The notes: generated by a model not told the origin, from the letters alone. Positions 27,858 to 38,241 are shown, numbered from the stretch's first letter. The stretch: 64,000 nt of DNA from Gemmatimonadota bacterium (GCA_034521595.1 JAXHMG010000003.1:2976001-3040000), one strand, 5' to 3'. Made by a program: numbers and translations.

Positions 27858-28952
27858 ATGAATCCCGACCCCGACCGCCTGCGGGCGGACGTGCTCACGT
27901 TCTACGATCGCCGGAAGAGGGATCTCCCCTGGCGCGGAGAAGAAGACCCGTACCGGATCCTCGTCTCCGAGATCATGCTTCAGCAGACGCGGGTCGACAC
28001 CGTGCGTGGGTACTACGAGTCATGGCTCCAGCGGTTCCCCGACGTGGACGCGCTCGCCGCCGCGGACGAGGACGTCGTGCTCAAGGCCTGGGAGGGACTC
28101 GGCTACTATCGGCGGGCACGGAACCTCCATGCCGCGGCGCGCGTGGTCCGGGAGCGCTCGGGGGGTGAGTTGCCGGCGTCGGCGGCGGAGTTGCGCGCCC
28201 TGCCGGGCATAGGGGAGTACACGGCGGGGGCCGTGGCGAGCATCGCGTTCGGCGAAGCGGTTCCGGCGGTGGACGGGAATGTTCGCAGGGTGCTCTCGCG
28301 GTGGCACGACGTGGCCGAGCCCTCGCCGCGGTGGTTGCGGGACCGCGCCGCCGAGCTCGTCGATCGCGACCGCCCGGGCGACTGGAACCAGGCGCTCATG
28401 GAGCTCGGGGCGACCGTGTGCACCCCGAGGGAGCCGCGTTGTGGCGAGTGTCCGGTGGCTTGGGCCTGCGGGGCCCACGAGGCAGGGACGGTGCATGAGC
28501 GGCCGGCCCCCACCAAGAAGCAGGCTCCGCGCGAGGCCATCTTCGCCCTTTGCGTGCTCCGGACCACGGGTGGAGCGGTGCTCCTGCAGCGTCGTCCGGC
28601 CGGTGGCCTCCTCGGCGGGATGTGGACGCTCCCCGAGCGGGAAGTCGACGCGGCGGCCGACGCCGAGCAGGCCGCGTGCTCTCTGGGGCACGAGCTCCTC
28701 GGCGGGATGCGTGAGCCGTCGGACGGCGCTCTCCCGGGCGGCGTGTCGCTCACCGGTCCGACGCCCCTTCCTGAAGTCCGCCACCGATTCAGTCATATCG
28801 ACGCGACCTACGTGCCCTGGCGCATCGACGTGGAGCCCGGAGAGAATCCACTTTCCGCGCCCGGAGACCCGCCGTTCCACTGGGCTTCGCCCGCCGAGGT
28901 CGACGCGCTGGCCCTTCCCGTGGCGCAGCGCTCCGTGCTCGAACACCTCTGA
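27858..28952 (+). CDS. mutY: A/G-specific adenine glycosylase MutY
   Basis: Motifs [30 protein letters not shown], HhH LPGIG.YTA, VDGNV.RV, 4Fe-4S C-x6-C-x2-C-x5-C. Confidence 0.93.
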   Translation: MNPDPDRLRADVLTFYDRRKRDLPWRGEEDPYRILVSEIMLQQTRVDTVRGYYESWLQRFPDVDALAAADEDVVLKAWEGLGYYRRARNLHAAARVVRERSGGELPASAAELRALPGIGEYTAGAVASIAFGEAVPAVDGNVRRVLSRWHDVAEPSPRWLRDRAAELVDRDRPGDWNQALMELGATVCTPREPRCGECPVAWACGAHEAGTVHERPAPTKKQAPREAIFALCVLRTTGGAVLLQRRPAGGLLGGMWTLPEREVDAAADAEQAACSLGHELLGGMREPSDGALPGGVSLTGPTPLPEVRHRFSHIDATYVPWRIDVEPGENPLSAPGDPPFHWASPAEVDALALPVAQRSVLEHL

Positions 28953-28972
28953 TATCAACCCGAGACCGTCCC

Positions 28973-29986
28973 ATGCGCATCGCCGTGTTCAGCACCAAGC
29001 CCTACGACCGCCGTGCCCTCGAGGAGGCGAACCTCGCCCACGGTCACGAGCTGGCGTTCTTCGAAACACGGCTCACGGCGGACACAGTCGCTCTCGCCGT
29101 CGGGTACGAGGCGATCTGTCCCTTCGTCAACGACCAAGTGACCGCGGAGGTCGTGGAAGAGCTGGCCCCCGAAGGGCTTCGTCTCATCACGCTTCGTTCG
29201 GCGGGCTTCAACCACGTCGATCTCGACGCCGCGGAGCGCCACGGCGTGACGGTGGCCAGGGTGCCTGCGTACTCGCCGCATGCCGTGGCGGAGCACGCCA
29301 TGGGTCTCGTGCTCACGCTGAGCCGTCACCTCCACCGTGCCCACGCCCGCGTCCGGGAGGGGAACTTCGCCCTCGACGGGCTCCTGGGCACGGACATTCA
29401 CGGGAAGGCCGTCGGCGTGGTGGGCACCGGGCGCATCGGGACCGTGTTCTGTCGCATCGTGGACGGTTTCGGATGTCGGGTGCTCGCCCACGATCCCTAT
29501 CCCAACGAGGCGGTGCGGGCTCTCGGAGCGGAGTACGTGTCGCTCGACCGGCTCCTCGAGGAGTCCGACATCGTGGCCCTCCACCTTCCGCTGACCCCGG
29601 AGACGCATCACCTCATCGACGGGCGGGCCATCGAACGCATGAAAGACGGGGTGACGCTGATCAACACCAGCCGTGGCGGGCTGGTGGACACGCCGGCCGT
29701 CATCAACGGCCTCAAGAGCGGGAAGATCGGGGCGTTGGGGCTGGACGTGTACGAGGAGGAGGCGGACCTCTTTTTCGAGGACCTCTCGGATACCGTCATC
29801 CAGGACGATGTCTTCGCTCGTCTGCTCACCTTCCCGAACGTCTTGGTGACGGGGCATCAGGGCTTCTTCACTGCGGAGGCTCTGGCCAACATCGCCGAGA
29901 CCACCCTCGCCAACGCATCCGCCTTCGTCTCGGGGGCGGCCGAGCTCCACCGTGTCACCCTCGCCGAGGTACAGGGCGAGCGTTAG
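28973..29986 (+). CDS. ldhA: D-lactate dehydrogenase (D-2-hydroxyacid dehydrogenase)
   Basis: Motifs [51 protein letters not shown]. Confidence 0.88.
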   Translation: MRIAVFSTKPYDRRALEEANLAHGHELAFFETRLTADTVALAVGYEAICPFVNDQVTAEVVEELAPEGLRLITLRSAGFNHVDLDAAERHGVTVARVPAYSPHAVAEHAMGLVLTLSRHLHRAHARVREGNFALDGLLGTDIHGKAVGVVGTGRIGTVFCRIVDGFGCRVLAHDPYPNEAVRALGAEYVSLDRLLEESDIVALHLPLTPETHHLIDGRAIERMKDGVTLINTSRGGLVDTPAVINGLKSGKIGALGLDVYEEEADLFFEDLSDTVIQDDVFARLLTFPNVLVTGHQGFFTAEALANIAETTLANASAFVSGAAELHRVTLAEVQGER

Positions 29987-30156
29987 CCGAACCGGCCCAC
30001 TGCGTGGTCCCCTCGTCCTTCGATGGAGCGGATCGCATCAGTCCGGACGCTCCCCGAAACGGAATGGCGGCGCTCCGGCCTTCGAGCCACCTTTCGTCGG
30101 GTGAGGTGGTCGCTCGGGCCGCCCGAGAGCGCACTCCGCAAAACCAGGAGCCCAGC

Positions 30157-32568
30157 ATGACGACACCAGACGCCGCGTCCACCGGATCACGGCCCGAGGA
30201 GTCCGAGTGGGTTCGACCCTTCACCGATCTCGGCATGGCGGACGTGCCCGAGGTCGGGGGGAAGAACGCTTCTCTCGGAGAAATGATCAGCGAGCTGGCC
30301 GAGGCGGGCATCCGGGTCCCGGAAGGATTCGCCACGACCGCCGCGGCCTATCGCGCCTTTCTGGAGCACAACGACCTGGGCCCGCGCCTTCGTGAGCTGC
30401 TCGCGAAGCTGGACGACGGCAGCGCGACGCTGGAGGACACGGGCCGGTCGGTTCGAGAAGCCATCCTCGGGGGAGAGCTGCAGCCGGAGCTGGTGCACGC
30501 CCTTCGCACGGCATACCGGACCCTCGAAGAGGAGACGCCCGGCGATGCGCCCGCCGTCGCGGTGCGGAGCAGCGCCACGGCCGAGGATCTCCCGGAGGCC
30601 AGCTTCGCCGGCCAGCAGGAGAGCTTCCTGAACGTGGTAGGGGAAGAGGCTCTGCTCGAAGCCTGCCTCCGGTGTTATGCGTCGCTCTTCACCGACCGCG
30701 CCATCTCGTACCGCGCGGGGCGCGACTTCGACCACCTCGACGTCGCCCTTTCGGTGGGCGTGCAGCGCATGATCCGCTCGGACCTCGCGGGAGCCGGCGT
30801 CCTCTTCACCCTCGATCCCGACAGCGGCTTCCCGCGCGTCATCGTCCTCAACGCCGCTTGGGGGTTGGGGGAGAGCGTGGTCAAGGGCACGGTGAATCCG
30901 GACCAGCACACGGTCTTCAAGCCGTTGCTCGATGACGGAGACGCACGGCCCATCCTCGAGCGCGTGGCGGGATCGAAAGAAGAAAAGGTGATCTACCGGT
31001 CCGGGGGCGGGTCGGAGAGCGTGCCTACCACGGAAGAGGAGCGCCGATCACTGGTGCTCGACGACGACGAGGTGCTCACCCTCGCGCGGTGGGGCGTGGA
31101 GATCGAACGTCACTACGGGCGCCCGATGGATATCGAATGGGCGAAGGACGGCGAGGACGGCCTGCTCTACATCGTCCAGGCACGACCGGAGACGGTCGAG
31201 GCCCGCAAGAAGCTGGGGGTGGTGGAGACTTTCACGCTGAAGGAGCGGCCCGATCCGCTCATCTCCGGGGTCGCGGTCGGCAATTCCATCGTCACGGCGA
31301 CCGCGTATCGGATCGAGAGTCCGTCCGAGCTCGCCAACTTCCCCGAAGGGGGCGTGCTCGTCGCGTCCCGCACCGACCCCGACTGGGGGCCCGGGTTGGC
31401 CCGGGCCGCGGGGGTCGTGACCGACCAGGGCGGCAGAACCAGCCACGCGGCCATCGTGAGCCGCGAGCTGGGGATCCCCGCCGTGGTCGGAACGGGAAGC
31501 GCGACGGAGGTCGTGCCACACGGGGAGGAAGTCACCCTCTCCTGCGCGGAGGGCGACCGGGGGCACGTGTATCCGGGCGCGCTGGACTTCGAGCGAACCG
31601 AGGTGGACCTCGAGAACATGCCCGAGCCCCGGACCCGGATCATGCTCAACGTGGGCAATCCGGAGGCCGCCTTCCGCTGGTGGCGCCTCCCCGCCCGGGG
31701 CATCGGCCTCGCTCGCATCGAGTTCGTGATCGGCGAGGTCATCCGCATCCATCCGCTCGCGCTCGTGCACCCCGAGCAGGTTCCGGAGGGCGCGGAGCGA
31801 GACGAGATCGAGCGGCTCCTCGCGGGTTGGGACGACCGGAGGGAGTACTTCGTGGACCTCCTGGCCCGTGGCATCGCTCGCCTCGCGGCGGCCGCCCACC
31901 CGCACCCGGCGGTCGTCCGCACCAGCGACTTCAAGTCGAACGAGTACGCTACGCTGCTCGGGGGCAGCGCGTTCGAGCCGGTCGAGGAAAACCCGATGAT
32001 CGGGCTGCGTGGCGCGTCGCGCTACTACTCGGAGCTGTATCGCGAAGCGTTCCTGCTCGAGTGCGAGGCGTTGCGAAGGGTTCGAGCCGATGTCGGGTTG
32101 AAGAACGTCGTTCCGATGATCCCGTTCTGCCGGACGCCCGCCGAGGCCGATCGAGTCCTGGACCTCATGGCCGGGGCGGGGCTGAAGCGAGGGGAGGACG
32201 ACCTCAAGATCTTCATCATGTGCGAGATTCCTTCGAACGTGGTCGTGGCCGAAGCGTTCGCGGAGCGTTTCGACGGCTTCTCCATCGGGAGCAACGACCT
32301 GACGCAGCTGGTGCTCGGCGTGGACCGTGACTCGGCCGAGCTGGCGCACCTGTTCGACGAAGACGACGAAGCGGTGAAGTCGATGATCTCCGACGTCATC
32401 GGCCGATGCGCCGAGGCCGGCATCTCGATCGGCATCTGCGGGCAGGCCCCGAGCGATCGAAAGGGATTCGCGGAGTTCCTCGTGAACGAAGGCATAGACT
32501 CGATGTCCCTGAATCCCGACAGCATCGTGGACGTCGTGCGGCGGGTGGCTGCATTGGAAGGCGCATGA
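30157..32568 (+). CDS. ppsA: Phosphoenolpyruvate synthase
   Basis: RBS AGGAG. Motifs VGGKNASLGEM, AVRSSATAEDLP, GGRTSHAAIVSRE (phospho-His), SDFKSNEY, FSIGSNDLTQ. Confidence 0.95.
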   Translation: MTTPDAASTGSRPEESEWVRPFTDLGMADVPEVGGKNASLGEMISELAEAGIRVPEGFATTAAAYRAFLEHNDLGPRLRELLAKLDDGSATLEDTGRSVREAILGGELQPELVHALRTAYRTLEEETPGDAPAVAVRSSATAEDLPEASFAGQQESFLNVVGEEALLEACLRCYASLFTDRAISYRAGRDFDHLDVALSVGVQRMIRSDLAGAGVLFTLDPDSGFPRVIVLNAAWGLGESVVKGTVNPDQHTVFKPLLDDGDARPILERVAGSKEEKVIYRSGGGSESVPTTEEERRSLVLDDDEVLTLARWGVEIERHYGRPMDIEWAKDGEDGLLYIVQARPETVEARKKLGVVETFTLKERPDPLISGVAVGNSIVTATAYRIESPSELANFPEGGVLVASRTDPDWGPGLARAAGVVTDQGGRTSHAAIVSRELGIPAVVGTGSATEVVPHGEEVTLSCAEGDRGHVYPGALDFERTEVDLENMPEPRTRIMLNVGNPEAAFRWWRLPARGIGLARIEFVIGEVIRIHPLALVHPEQVPEGAERDEIERLLAGWDDRREYFVDLLARGIARLAAAAHPHPAVVRTSDFKSNEYATLLGGSAFEPVEENPMIGLRGASRYYSELYREAFLLECEALRRVRADVGLKNVVPMIPFCRTPAEADRVLDLMAGAGLKRGEDDLKIFIMCEIPSNVVVAEAFAERFDGFSIGSNDLTQLVLGVDRDSAELAHLFDEDDEAVKSMISDVIGRCAEAGISIGICGQAPSDRKGFAEFLVNEGIDSMSLNPDSIVDVVRRVAALEGA

Positions 32569-34367
32569 ATCCACCCCCGGTTACGCCCGATATCCTCATC
32601 ACGGCGGCGATCACGCTGGGGGCGCTCGTCCTCTTCGTGCTCGATCGCCTTCCGATCGAGGTGGTCGGGCTGATGGTCATGGTCGCGCTCGTGCTGACCG
32701 GTGTCGTCACGCCCGCCGAAGGCGTGAGCGGCTTCGCGAGCGAAGCGATCGTCACGATCGCGGCCATGTTCGTCCTGTCGGCCGCGCTCGTGCGCACCGG
32801 TGGGGTGGACGTGCTGGGGCGCTTCATCTCGAAGCTGGCGGGCGATAGCGAGTTCCGCTTGTTGGCGATGTCGTTGGCCGTGGTGGTCCCGGCGAGCGCG
32901 TTCGTGAACAACACGCCGGTCGTCGTGGTGATGGTTCCGGTGTTGCTCGGTCTGGCGCGGGAACGGGGCGTGCCGGCGTCCCGACTCTTCATGCCGATGT
33001 CGTTCGCCAGCCAAATGGGCGGAACGCTGACCCTCATAGGAACGAGCACGAACCTGCTCGTGGCGGGGCTCGTGCTGGACCTCGGACTTCCCCGTATCGA
33101 GCTTTTCGACATCACGCCTCCGGCCTTGGTGCTCACTGCGCTGGGCGTGCTGTACCTGCTCACGGTGGGTCGAAAGCTCGTTCCGGATCGCGACGGCGAG
33201 GAAGATCTCGAAGAGCGTTACGAGCTCGGAGAGTACCTGTCCGGACTCGAGGTCGGCGAGGAGTCCGACCTCGCGGGGCGGTCGCTCGAGGAGAGCGGTC
33301 TCCGTGAGAAGCACGGGCTCGACGTGCTTGCGATCGAGCGCGACGAAGAACGCATCTTCTTGCCCGACGGATTCGTCGAGATCCGGGAAGGTGACCGACT
33401 CGTGGTGCGTGGCAAGATCACGGGGATCGCCGACGCCGAGTCGGGCGCCGGCCTCCGGATCTCGGGTACCGGATCGACGTTTTCCTCGCCCGAGCTGGAC
33501 GCCGACGAGGGTGAGTCGAGGTACAGCGAGCTCCTCGTTCCTCCTCGGTCACGGGTGGTGGGGGCCTCCCTCGAGGAGCTCAGGTTCCGCGGCCGCTACG
33601 GGGTGCCCGTCGTCGGGATCCGTCGCCACGGAGAGGCGGTGCACGAACCGATGCGGTCGGTGTCGCTGCATGCCGGCGACATCCTGCTGGTGCGCGCGAC
33701 TCCGAGGGATCTGGAACGGATCCGCGATGTGGGCGACCTGGCGCTATTGGGGCCCCTCGACCTGCCCCCCCGGCGGAAGCACAAGCTGCCCCATTCCGTC
33801 GCCGTGATCCTGACGGTCGTCCTGCTCGCCGCTCTCGGCGTCACGACCATCCTCGTCGCTGCCCTGGCCGGTGTCGTGGCGGTGTTCCTCGCAGGATGTC
33901 TCACGCCCGAGGAAGCGTACGAGGACATCGACTGGAAGCCGCTCGTGCTCCTGGGCTCGATCCTGCCACTGGGCATCGCCATGCAGCAGACGGGAGCCGC
34001 CGAGCTCTCGGCGGCCCATTTCTTGACGTTGACCCGGACGTTGGGGCCGACGGGGGTGCTGGTCGCGTTCTACGTGTTCACCAGCCTGCTCACCGAGCTC
34101 ATCAGCAACGCCGCCTCGGCGGTGGTGCTCACGCCGCTCGCGGTCGCGATGGGCCAGAGCCTCGACGTCTCGCCGATGCCCTTCGTCGTCGCCGTCATCC
34201 TGGCGGCATCGAACAGCTTCATCACGCCGGTGGGCTACCAGACCAACACGTTCATCTTCGGGCCCGGCGGCTACCGGTTTTCGGACTTCCTGCGTGTCGG
34301 GGGGCCTCTCTCTCTGCTCTTCGCCGCCGCGGCGGGATTCGTGATCCCGGCCTTCTTCCCGTTCTAG
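32565..34367 (+). CDS. SLC13/CitMHS-type permease with TrkA-C domains
   Basis: Motifs SAFVNNTPVV, GG.LTLIGTSTNL, two soluble RCK-C-like repeats, ISNAAS, TPVGYQTN. ATGA overlap with ppsA. Confidence 0.88.
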   Translation: MNPPPVTPDILITAAITLGALVLFVLDRLPIEVVGLMVMVALVLTGVVTPAEGVSGFASEAIVTIAAMFVLSAALVRTGGVDVLGRFISKLAGDSEFRLLAMSLAVVVPASAFVNNTPVVVVMVPVLLGLARERGVPASRLFMPMSFASQMGGTLTLIGTSTNLLVAGLVLDLGLPRIELFDITPPALVLTALGVLYLLTVGRKLVPDRDGEEDLEERYELGEYLSGLEVGEESDLAGRSLEESGLREKHGLDVLAIERDEERIFLPDGFVEIREGDRLVVRGKITGIADAESGAGLRISGTGSTFSSPELDADEGESRYSELLVPPRSRVVGASLEELRFRGRYGVPVVGIRRHGEAVHEPMRSVSLHAGDILLVRATPRDLERIRDVGDLALLGPLDLPPRRKHKLPHSVAVILTVVLLAALGVTTILVAALAGVVAVFLAGCLTPEEAYEDIDWKPLVLLGSILPLGIAMQQTGAAELSAAHFLTLTRTLGPTGVLVAFYVFTSLLTELISNAASAVVLTPLAVAMGQSLDVSPMPFVVAVILAASNSFITPVGYQTNTFIFGPGGYRFSDFLRVGGPLSLLFAAAAGFVIPAFFPF

Positions 34368-34529
34368 CCGCTCGGCCGAGCCTGGTGGTCGAGCTGCTGC
34401 TCGATGGTGCGTGCATGCTCGACGATCTCCGGTTCCTCAGACGGCGGTGTGCCCGGCGAAGATCCCGAAGAACCAGGTCGCGATCCGCAGTCGGGGCACC
34501 GGTGCCTCCACGTGCTATCTCTCCTCCCC

Positions 34530-34573
34530 GGACCCATCTCGAGACGTTGTAACCTCGTCCGCGGCCCTCAGGC
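34530..34573 (+). repeat. Direct repeat, left copy (44 bp identical; 51 bp with one mismatch from 34523)
   Basis: ggacccatctcgagacgttgtaacctcgtccgcggccctcaggc, identical to 38340-38383. Confidence 0.95.
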
Positions 34574-34825
34574 CGCCTACGCTGCCCGAGATCCTGTGGC
34601 TTCATGCCGGCTCGCCCTTCGCCAGATCCCCGGTCTGGGTTGACGATACCTCGCTAGCCGGTGGACAACCTGCTCGCCGTGACTAAGCCTCTGCTTGTCT
34701 GAGCGTGCACGGAACCATCTGCTCTGAACATTCGATTCTTCTGGTCAGTAGGCGACAATTGGAGCGTACTTGACGTAATAGCTGCTGGTTTCAGTGGCGT
34801 GAGGCCGAGAGTCGTGGAGGTGAAC

Positions 34826-35245
34826 GTGGACCAGTTACTCAGGGCCGCCCGCGTGGCGTCTTCGCTTCTTTTGATGGCGATACCAGTAGCTGCAGTTGGG
34901 CAGGAGACCGGACGCTGTAATCCCAACGGTCCTCCGGATGTGGACTCCTTAGCTTTGTCTGTTCCACCTCGTCTCCTAAACGGGGCCGAAGCTAGGGAGG
35001 CGGTGAGGCGCCTGCACCCTGTTGAGTTGCGTCGTTCGGGAAGAGGCGGCAGCACCTGGGTGTCGGTGCTGATCAGCAAGACCGGCGCGGTTCAGGGGGC
35101 ACAAATCCGAGAACGCTCTCAACTCCCCGCCATCGACTCGGCGGCCCTAGCGCTTACCACCGTTCTTGAGTTCGCGCCTGCATATTCAGGTCGTGATCCA
35201 GTGTGCACTTGGTTCGAGTTCCCGGTCCGGTTTCCCGACGGCTAG
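34826..35245 (+). CDS. Exported TonB C-terminal domain protein
   Basis: GGAGG then GTG 34826. Signal-like N-terminus. PPRLLN..HPVELRRSGRGG.TWVSVLI..G.V..IDSAAL..FAPA..PV..W..FPVRF. No long Pro-rich spacer. Confidence 0.72.
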   Translation: MDQLLRAARVASSLLLMAIPVAAVGQETGRCNPNGPPDVDSLALSVPPRLLNGAEAREAVRRLHPVELRRSGRGGSTWVSVLISKTGAVQGAQIRERSQLPAIDSAALALTTVLEFAPAYSGRDPVCTWFEFPVRFPDG

Positions 35246-35329
35246 ATCCAGACCGTCCCGCGTTGCCAGAGTGGCGGCGCTTCCATCGCCCTCTTGAGAG
35301 GGCAGTCCAACAACCACAGGAGGTACAAG

Positions 35330-35521
35330 ATGCGCAGGGTTCTCTTCTTCCTCGGGGTCGCGCTTTTGGGCGCGAACGCAGCTGTCGCCGCCGAGAGCCT
35401 GTCCGTTGACTCTCCGTTCACCTACAAGCAGTGCGGGTATCAGGTGGGTGAAACCCAGGGCTACTGCACCAGTCTCGTCGATGACGACTGTCAGAACGAC
35501 AGCGAGTGCGTCCGCGAGTAG
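35330..35521 (+). CDS. Small secreted four-cysteine peptide (63 aa)
   Basis: Strong RBS AGGAGG. Signal peptide MRRVLFFLGVALLGANAAVAA, then ESLSVDSPFTYKQCGYQVGETQGYCTSLVDDDCQNDSECVRE. Confidence 0.75.
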   Translation: MRRVLFFLGVALLGANAAVAAESLSVDSPFTYKQCGYQVGETQGYCTSLVDDDCQNDSECVRE

Positions 35522-35539
35522 CACTACCGCTTCCCAACT

Positions 35540-35571
35540 GCGGTGCGCCGCTGATTTCAGCGGCGCACCGC
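35540..35571 (+). terminator. Strong hairpin after the peptide gene (mRNA stabiliser or leaky terminator)
   Basis: gcggtgcgccgctg-attt-cagcggcgcaccgc, a perfect 14-bp stem with only a weak U-tract after it. Confidence 0.65.
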
Positions 35572-35630
35572 CTTGCCTTCTCGTGAGACGCGGCAATTGT
35601 CTCGGCCAGCCTACGGAGGTACGAAACGTC

Positions 35631-36140
35631 GTGAAATTCTGGATCGGAGCTTGTCTTATCTTGCTCGGGACCCTGCTTGGACAACTATGGTTGCGTGAAC
35701 TGCGCACCAGAGCTCAGCGGACGTTGGCCGAGAATCCGGCGTTGCCGGGAGACCTGATGCGACATGAGTTTCGCACCTTGGATGGTGATCGCATTCCCTA
35801 CCCTAACCGATGCTGGCATGCGTACATCGCGTCTGTGGCGTGCGGTGCGTGTGCCGACCTTGCGGCGGAATGGATCCGTACTCCTGACCGTGCGTCGGCG
35901 TTTTGGGTGTTTCCGATCAGTGAGAGCGGTAGAGTATCCGAGTTCGCCCAAGAGCACAGGATTGCACGTGACTCGATACGCTTGCTTCCCGTTGAGAGCC
36001 TAGCCGAGGCTGGCTTCTTTGCGACGCCAACGCTTGTAGCAGGTGAAGGCCCAACGATCCGACACTTGACCATCGCTCTGAGTCTGGTCCGACGCAACGC
36101 GGCGGCCGGGGCCTGCAGACCGGGGCCCTCCAGACCATGA
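35631..36140 (+). CDS. Membrane-anchored thioredoxin/peroxiredoxin-like CxxC protein
   Basis: RBS GGAGGT, GTG start, N-terminal TM, F.TLDG, CGAC, cis-Pro-loop-like ATPTLV. ATGA overlap with the next gene. Confidence 0.6.
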   Translation: MKFWIGACLILLGTLLGQLWLRELRTRAQRTLAENPALPGDLMRHEFRTLDGDRIPYPNRCWHAYIASVACGACADLAAEWIRTPDRASAFWVFPISESGRVSEFAQEHRIARDSIRLLPVESLAEAGFFATPTLVAGEGPTIRHLTIALSLVRRNAAAGACRPGPSRP

Positions 36141-37396
36141 GGTTTGTCGGATGCTGCGCCCTGCTATGCGGGGCTTGCTTGTTCGTCGCTTGCCGGTACT
36201 CCGACAGCGCCGAGCCTGGTTTCTGGGTTGAGAATGGCAATCCGAATACGATCCACAACGCTCGACCGGTACATCAGGATACGCTCCTCGCCGAACGGAA
36301 GCTTCGGATTGGATCGCTTGACGGGGACCCCGATCTGACCTTTGGAGAAATCACCTCTCTCGCGGTCCATCCAGACGGTCGCATTTTCGTGTTCGAAGAC
36401 GGGCGAGGCGTCCGGTCTTTTGATCGACACGGCACGTTCGTCGGTTCGGTCGCGGGTTCGGGGGAAGGACCCCGTGAGGTTGATTTCGTACCGTCAATGC
36501 ATGCTACGTCGGTAGGGGGACTGGTCCTCCACGACCTCGGCAACGCGCGCCTAGCGCGCTTCAGGGGGCCAGCGCCCACGTTGATCCCGTTGCGGCGTGT
36601 CATTCGGCAGAGCTACCAAGAGGATGCGATCGCCTCGCATGAGGACGGATCCTTATGGCTCGGTTTCCACCCTCTGCTGGGACCCGACGGAGTCGTAGAA
36701 TACCCTCGCCCGATATACGCGCGGGTAACCGACGAAGGAGAGCTCCGCGACACCATCTACGCCCCGGAATATTTTACAGATGACTGCCCGATATTGAGCG
36801 AGGCTCAGTATCGACGCGGCTTCTGGGACGACCGCCGAGAGCCTTACGTGCCGAAGGTCAAATGGGCATTGGGGCCGCGCGGTACACTCGTCGTAGGCTG
36901 CCCGGCTGAATACACCTTCGACATTTTATCCCCCGATGATGAGGTGCTCCGAGTCACGAGGCCGTATCGGTCCGTAGCCATCTCTGATGAAGAAAAAGAC
37001 TTCCTTGCCGCTCATGCGGGCATTGGAAGCCTTCCCGATGAGAAGCCGGCCTACGCGAGGTTGATTATTCCCGGTGACGGTCGAATTTGGGTTCGGCCGA
37101 GCTTCCCCAGCCGCCGGGTTCCGTTGCCACAGGAGACCTTCGACGCTACGGGCGTGTCGCACACGTGGGTGCCGTCTTCTGCTGGATCACTCGACGTCTT
37201 TTCATCGGACGGCAGATGGCTGGCTGTGGTCAAACTACCCCAGGGGATCGCTTACAGCGGGTTTCCGAACGAGCCCTCGATGGTCATCCGGGGCGACACG
37301 ATTTGGGCCGTGGCTCGAGATTCGTTTGATGTGGAATATGTTGATCGATACGAAGTGCCGCGGTTGAGCGATTTGGATGGTGGATCTGCCAACTGA
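36137..37396 (+). CDS. Six-bladed beta-propeller (NHL/TolB-like) lipoprotein
   Basis: Lipobox-like FVAC. Blade motifs RIGSLDG..FG.I..LAV..DGRIFV, FD..G.FV..G.GEGPRE, DGRIWV, DVFS.DGRWL. Confidence 0.72.
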   Translation: MRFVGCCALLCGACLFVACRYSDSAEPGFWVENGNPNTIHNARPVHQDTLLAERKLRIGSLDGDPDLTFGEITSLAVHPDGRIFVFEDGRGVRSFDRHGTFVGSVAGSGEGPREVDFVPSMHATSVGGLVLHDLGNARLARFRGPAPTLIPLRRVIRQSYQEDAIASHEDGSLWLGFHPLLGPDGVVEYPRPIYARVTDEGELRDTIYAPEYFTDDCPILSEAQYRRGFWDDRREPYVPKVKWALGPRGTLVVGCPAEYTFDILSPDDEVLRVTRPYRSVAISDEEKDFLAAHAGIGSLPDEKPAYARLIIPGDGRIWVRPSFPSRRVPLPQETFDATGVSHTWVPSSAGSLDVFSSDGRWLAVVKLPQGIAYSGFPNEPSMVIRGDTIWAVARDSFDVEYVDRYEVPRLSDLDGGSAN

Positions 37397-37485
37397 TGGC
37401 TAGGCTGCTTGCTTGCATACCCGGCGACGTCCACTCTACTATATTATTAGTAGCGTGGCCCGACCCGTACGCCGCAGGGTGGTAA

Positions 37486-38241
37486 ATGGAAGCAAATCTG
37501 ACCCACCGGACACCCTCCCTCGCGCATGTGAGTCTTCAACTCAGTGGACCGGGGTACGATGGCTGGCCAGTCGTTCAGCGCATGCCAGATCGCGTGGCGG
37601 ACGGGACCGTCTTGATCGCGACCCTTGAAGATCGCCCACCATGGCCCCACAGTCTCCAGTCGACGGTTGGTCTTGTTCGCGAGTTTCGTCGGGCTTTTCC
37701 GGCTCTAGTTATCGGCGCGAAGGTGAATTTCGACGGTAACGAGGAGGCGTTGGAGGCGTTTCGTGTGCTCCAGGCTTCAGGAGTGCGCCTCATGGTGCCA
37801 GGTCAGGTTTCGGAGGCTTCTGTGAGAGGCGCGAACGCGCAAGCCGGCCTATCGGTGTTCGATCTTGAAACATGGCTTATGTCGACCCTTTCGCCTCACG
37901 GTATCCGTGAGACCGGATTGGTGAAGTTGCTGGCACAATTGACCGCCGGGCACAATATCCGCGGAGGCACGGTCGACCGATGTCGTAGGTGGACGAGGAA
38001 GCTGGGCCTTCCTCCGTGGGGCGCTTGGCGAACGGTCGGGAGGCTGGTGCGCGCAGTTGTGCGACTCCAAGTGGGTCCGGGCCCGTTGGCGTACGAGGTG
38101 GGGCAGGACGAGGGGTTCGCTGACGGTCCAACCTTTTCAAGGGCGTGCAGCAGAGTTTTTGGTGAACCTCCTACGCAGCTGCGAACAATGATCGGATGGG
38201 AGTGGCTGTTACATCGGTTCCTGACGCGCCATATGAAATAG
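37486..38241 (+). CDS. AraC-like helix-turn-helix regulator
   Basis: C-terminal EVG..EGFADGPTFSRACSRVFGEPPTQLR resembles the AraC second HTH. AT-rich promoter-like stretch at about 37435-37452. Confidence 0.6.
   Translation: MEANLTHRTPSLAHVSLQLSGPGYDGWPVVQRMPDRVADGTVLIATLEDRPPWPHSLQSTVGLVREFRRAFPALVIGAKVNFDGNEEALEAFRVLQASGVRLMVPGQVSEASVRGANAQAGLSVFDLETWLMSTLSPHGIRETGLVKLLAQLTAGHNIRGGTVDRCRRWTRKLGLPPWGAWRTVGRLVRAVVRLQVGPGPLAYEVGQDEGFADGPTFSRACSRVFGEPPTQLRTMIGWEWLLHRFLTRHMK

Noticed and set aside
28279-30156. Apparent 1429-aa ppsA with a long N-terminal extension
   Set aside because: The extension overlaps mutY and ldhA in another frame. The real start is ATG 30157 with an AGGAG RBS.
34364-34522. 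Possible minus-strand gene remnant (MEAPVPRLRIATWFFGIFAG.. / ..EPEIVEHARTIEQQLD) next to the left repeat
   Set aside because: The pieces are short, in different frames and match no family I recognise, so I cannot support a call.
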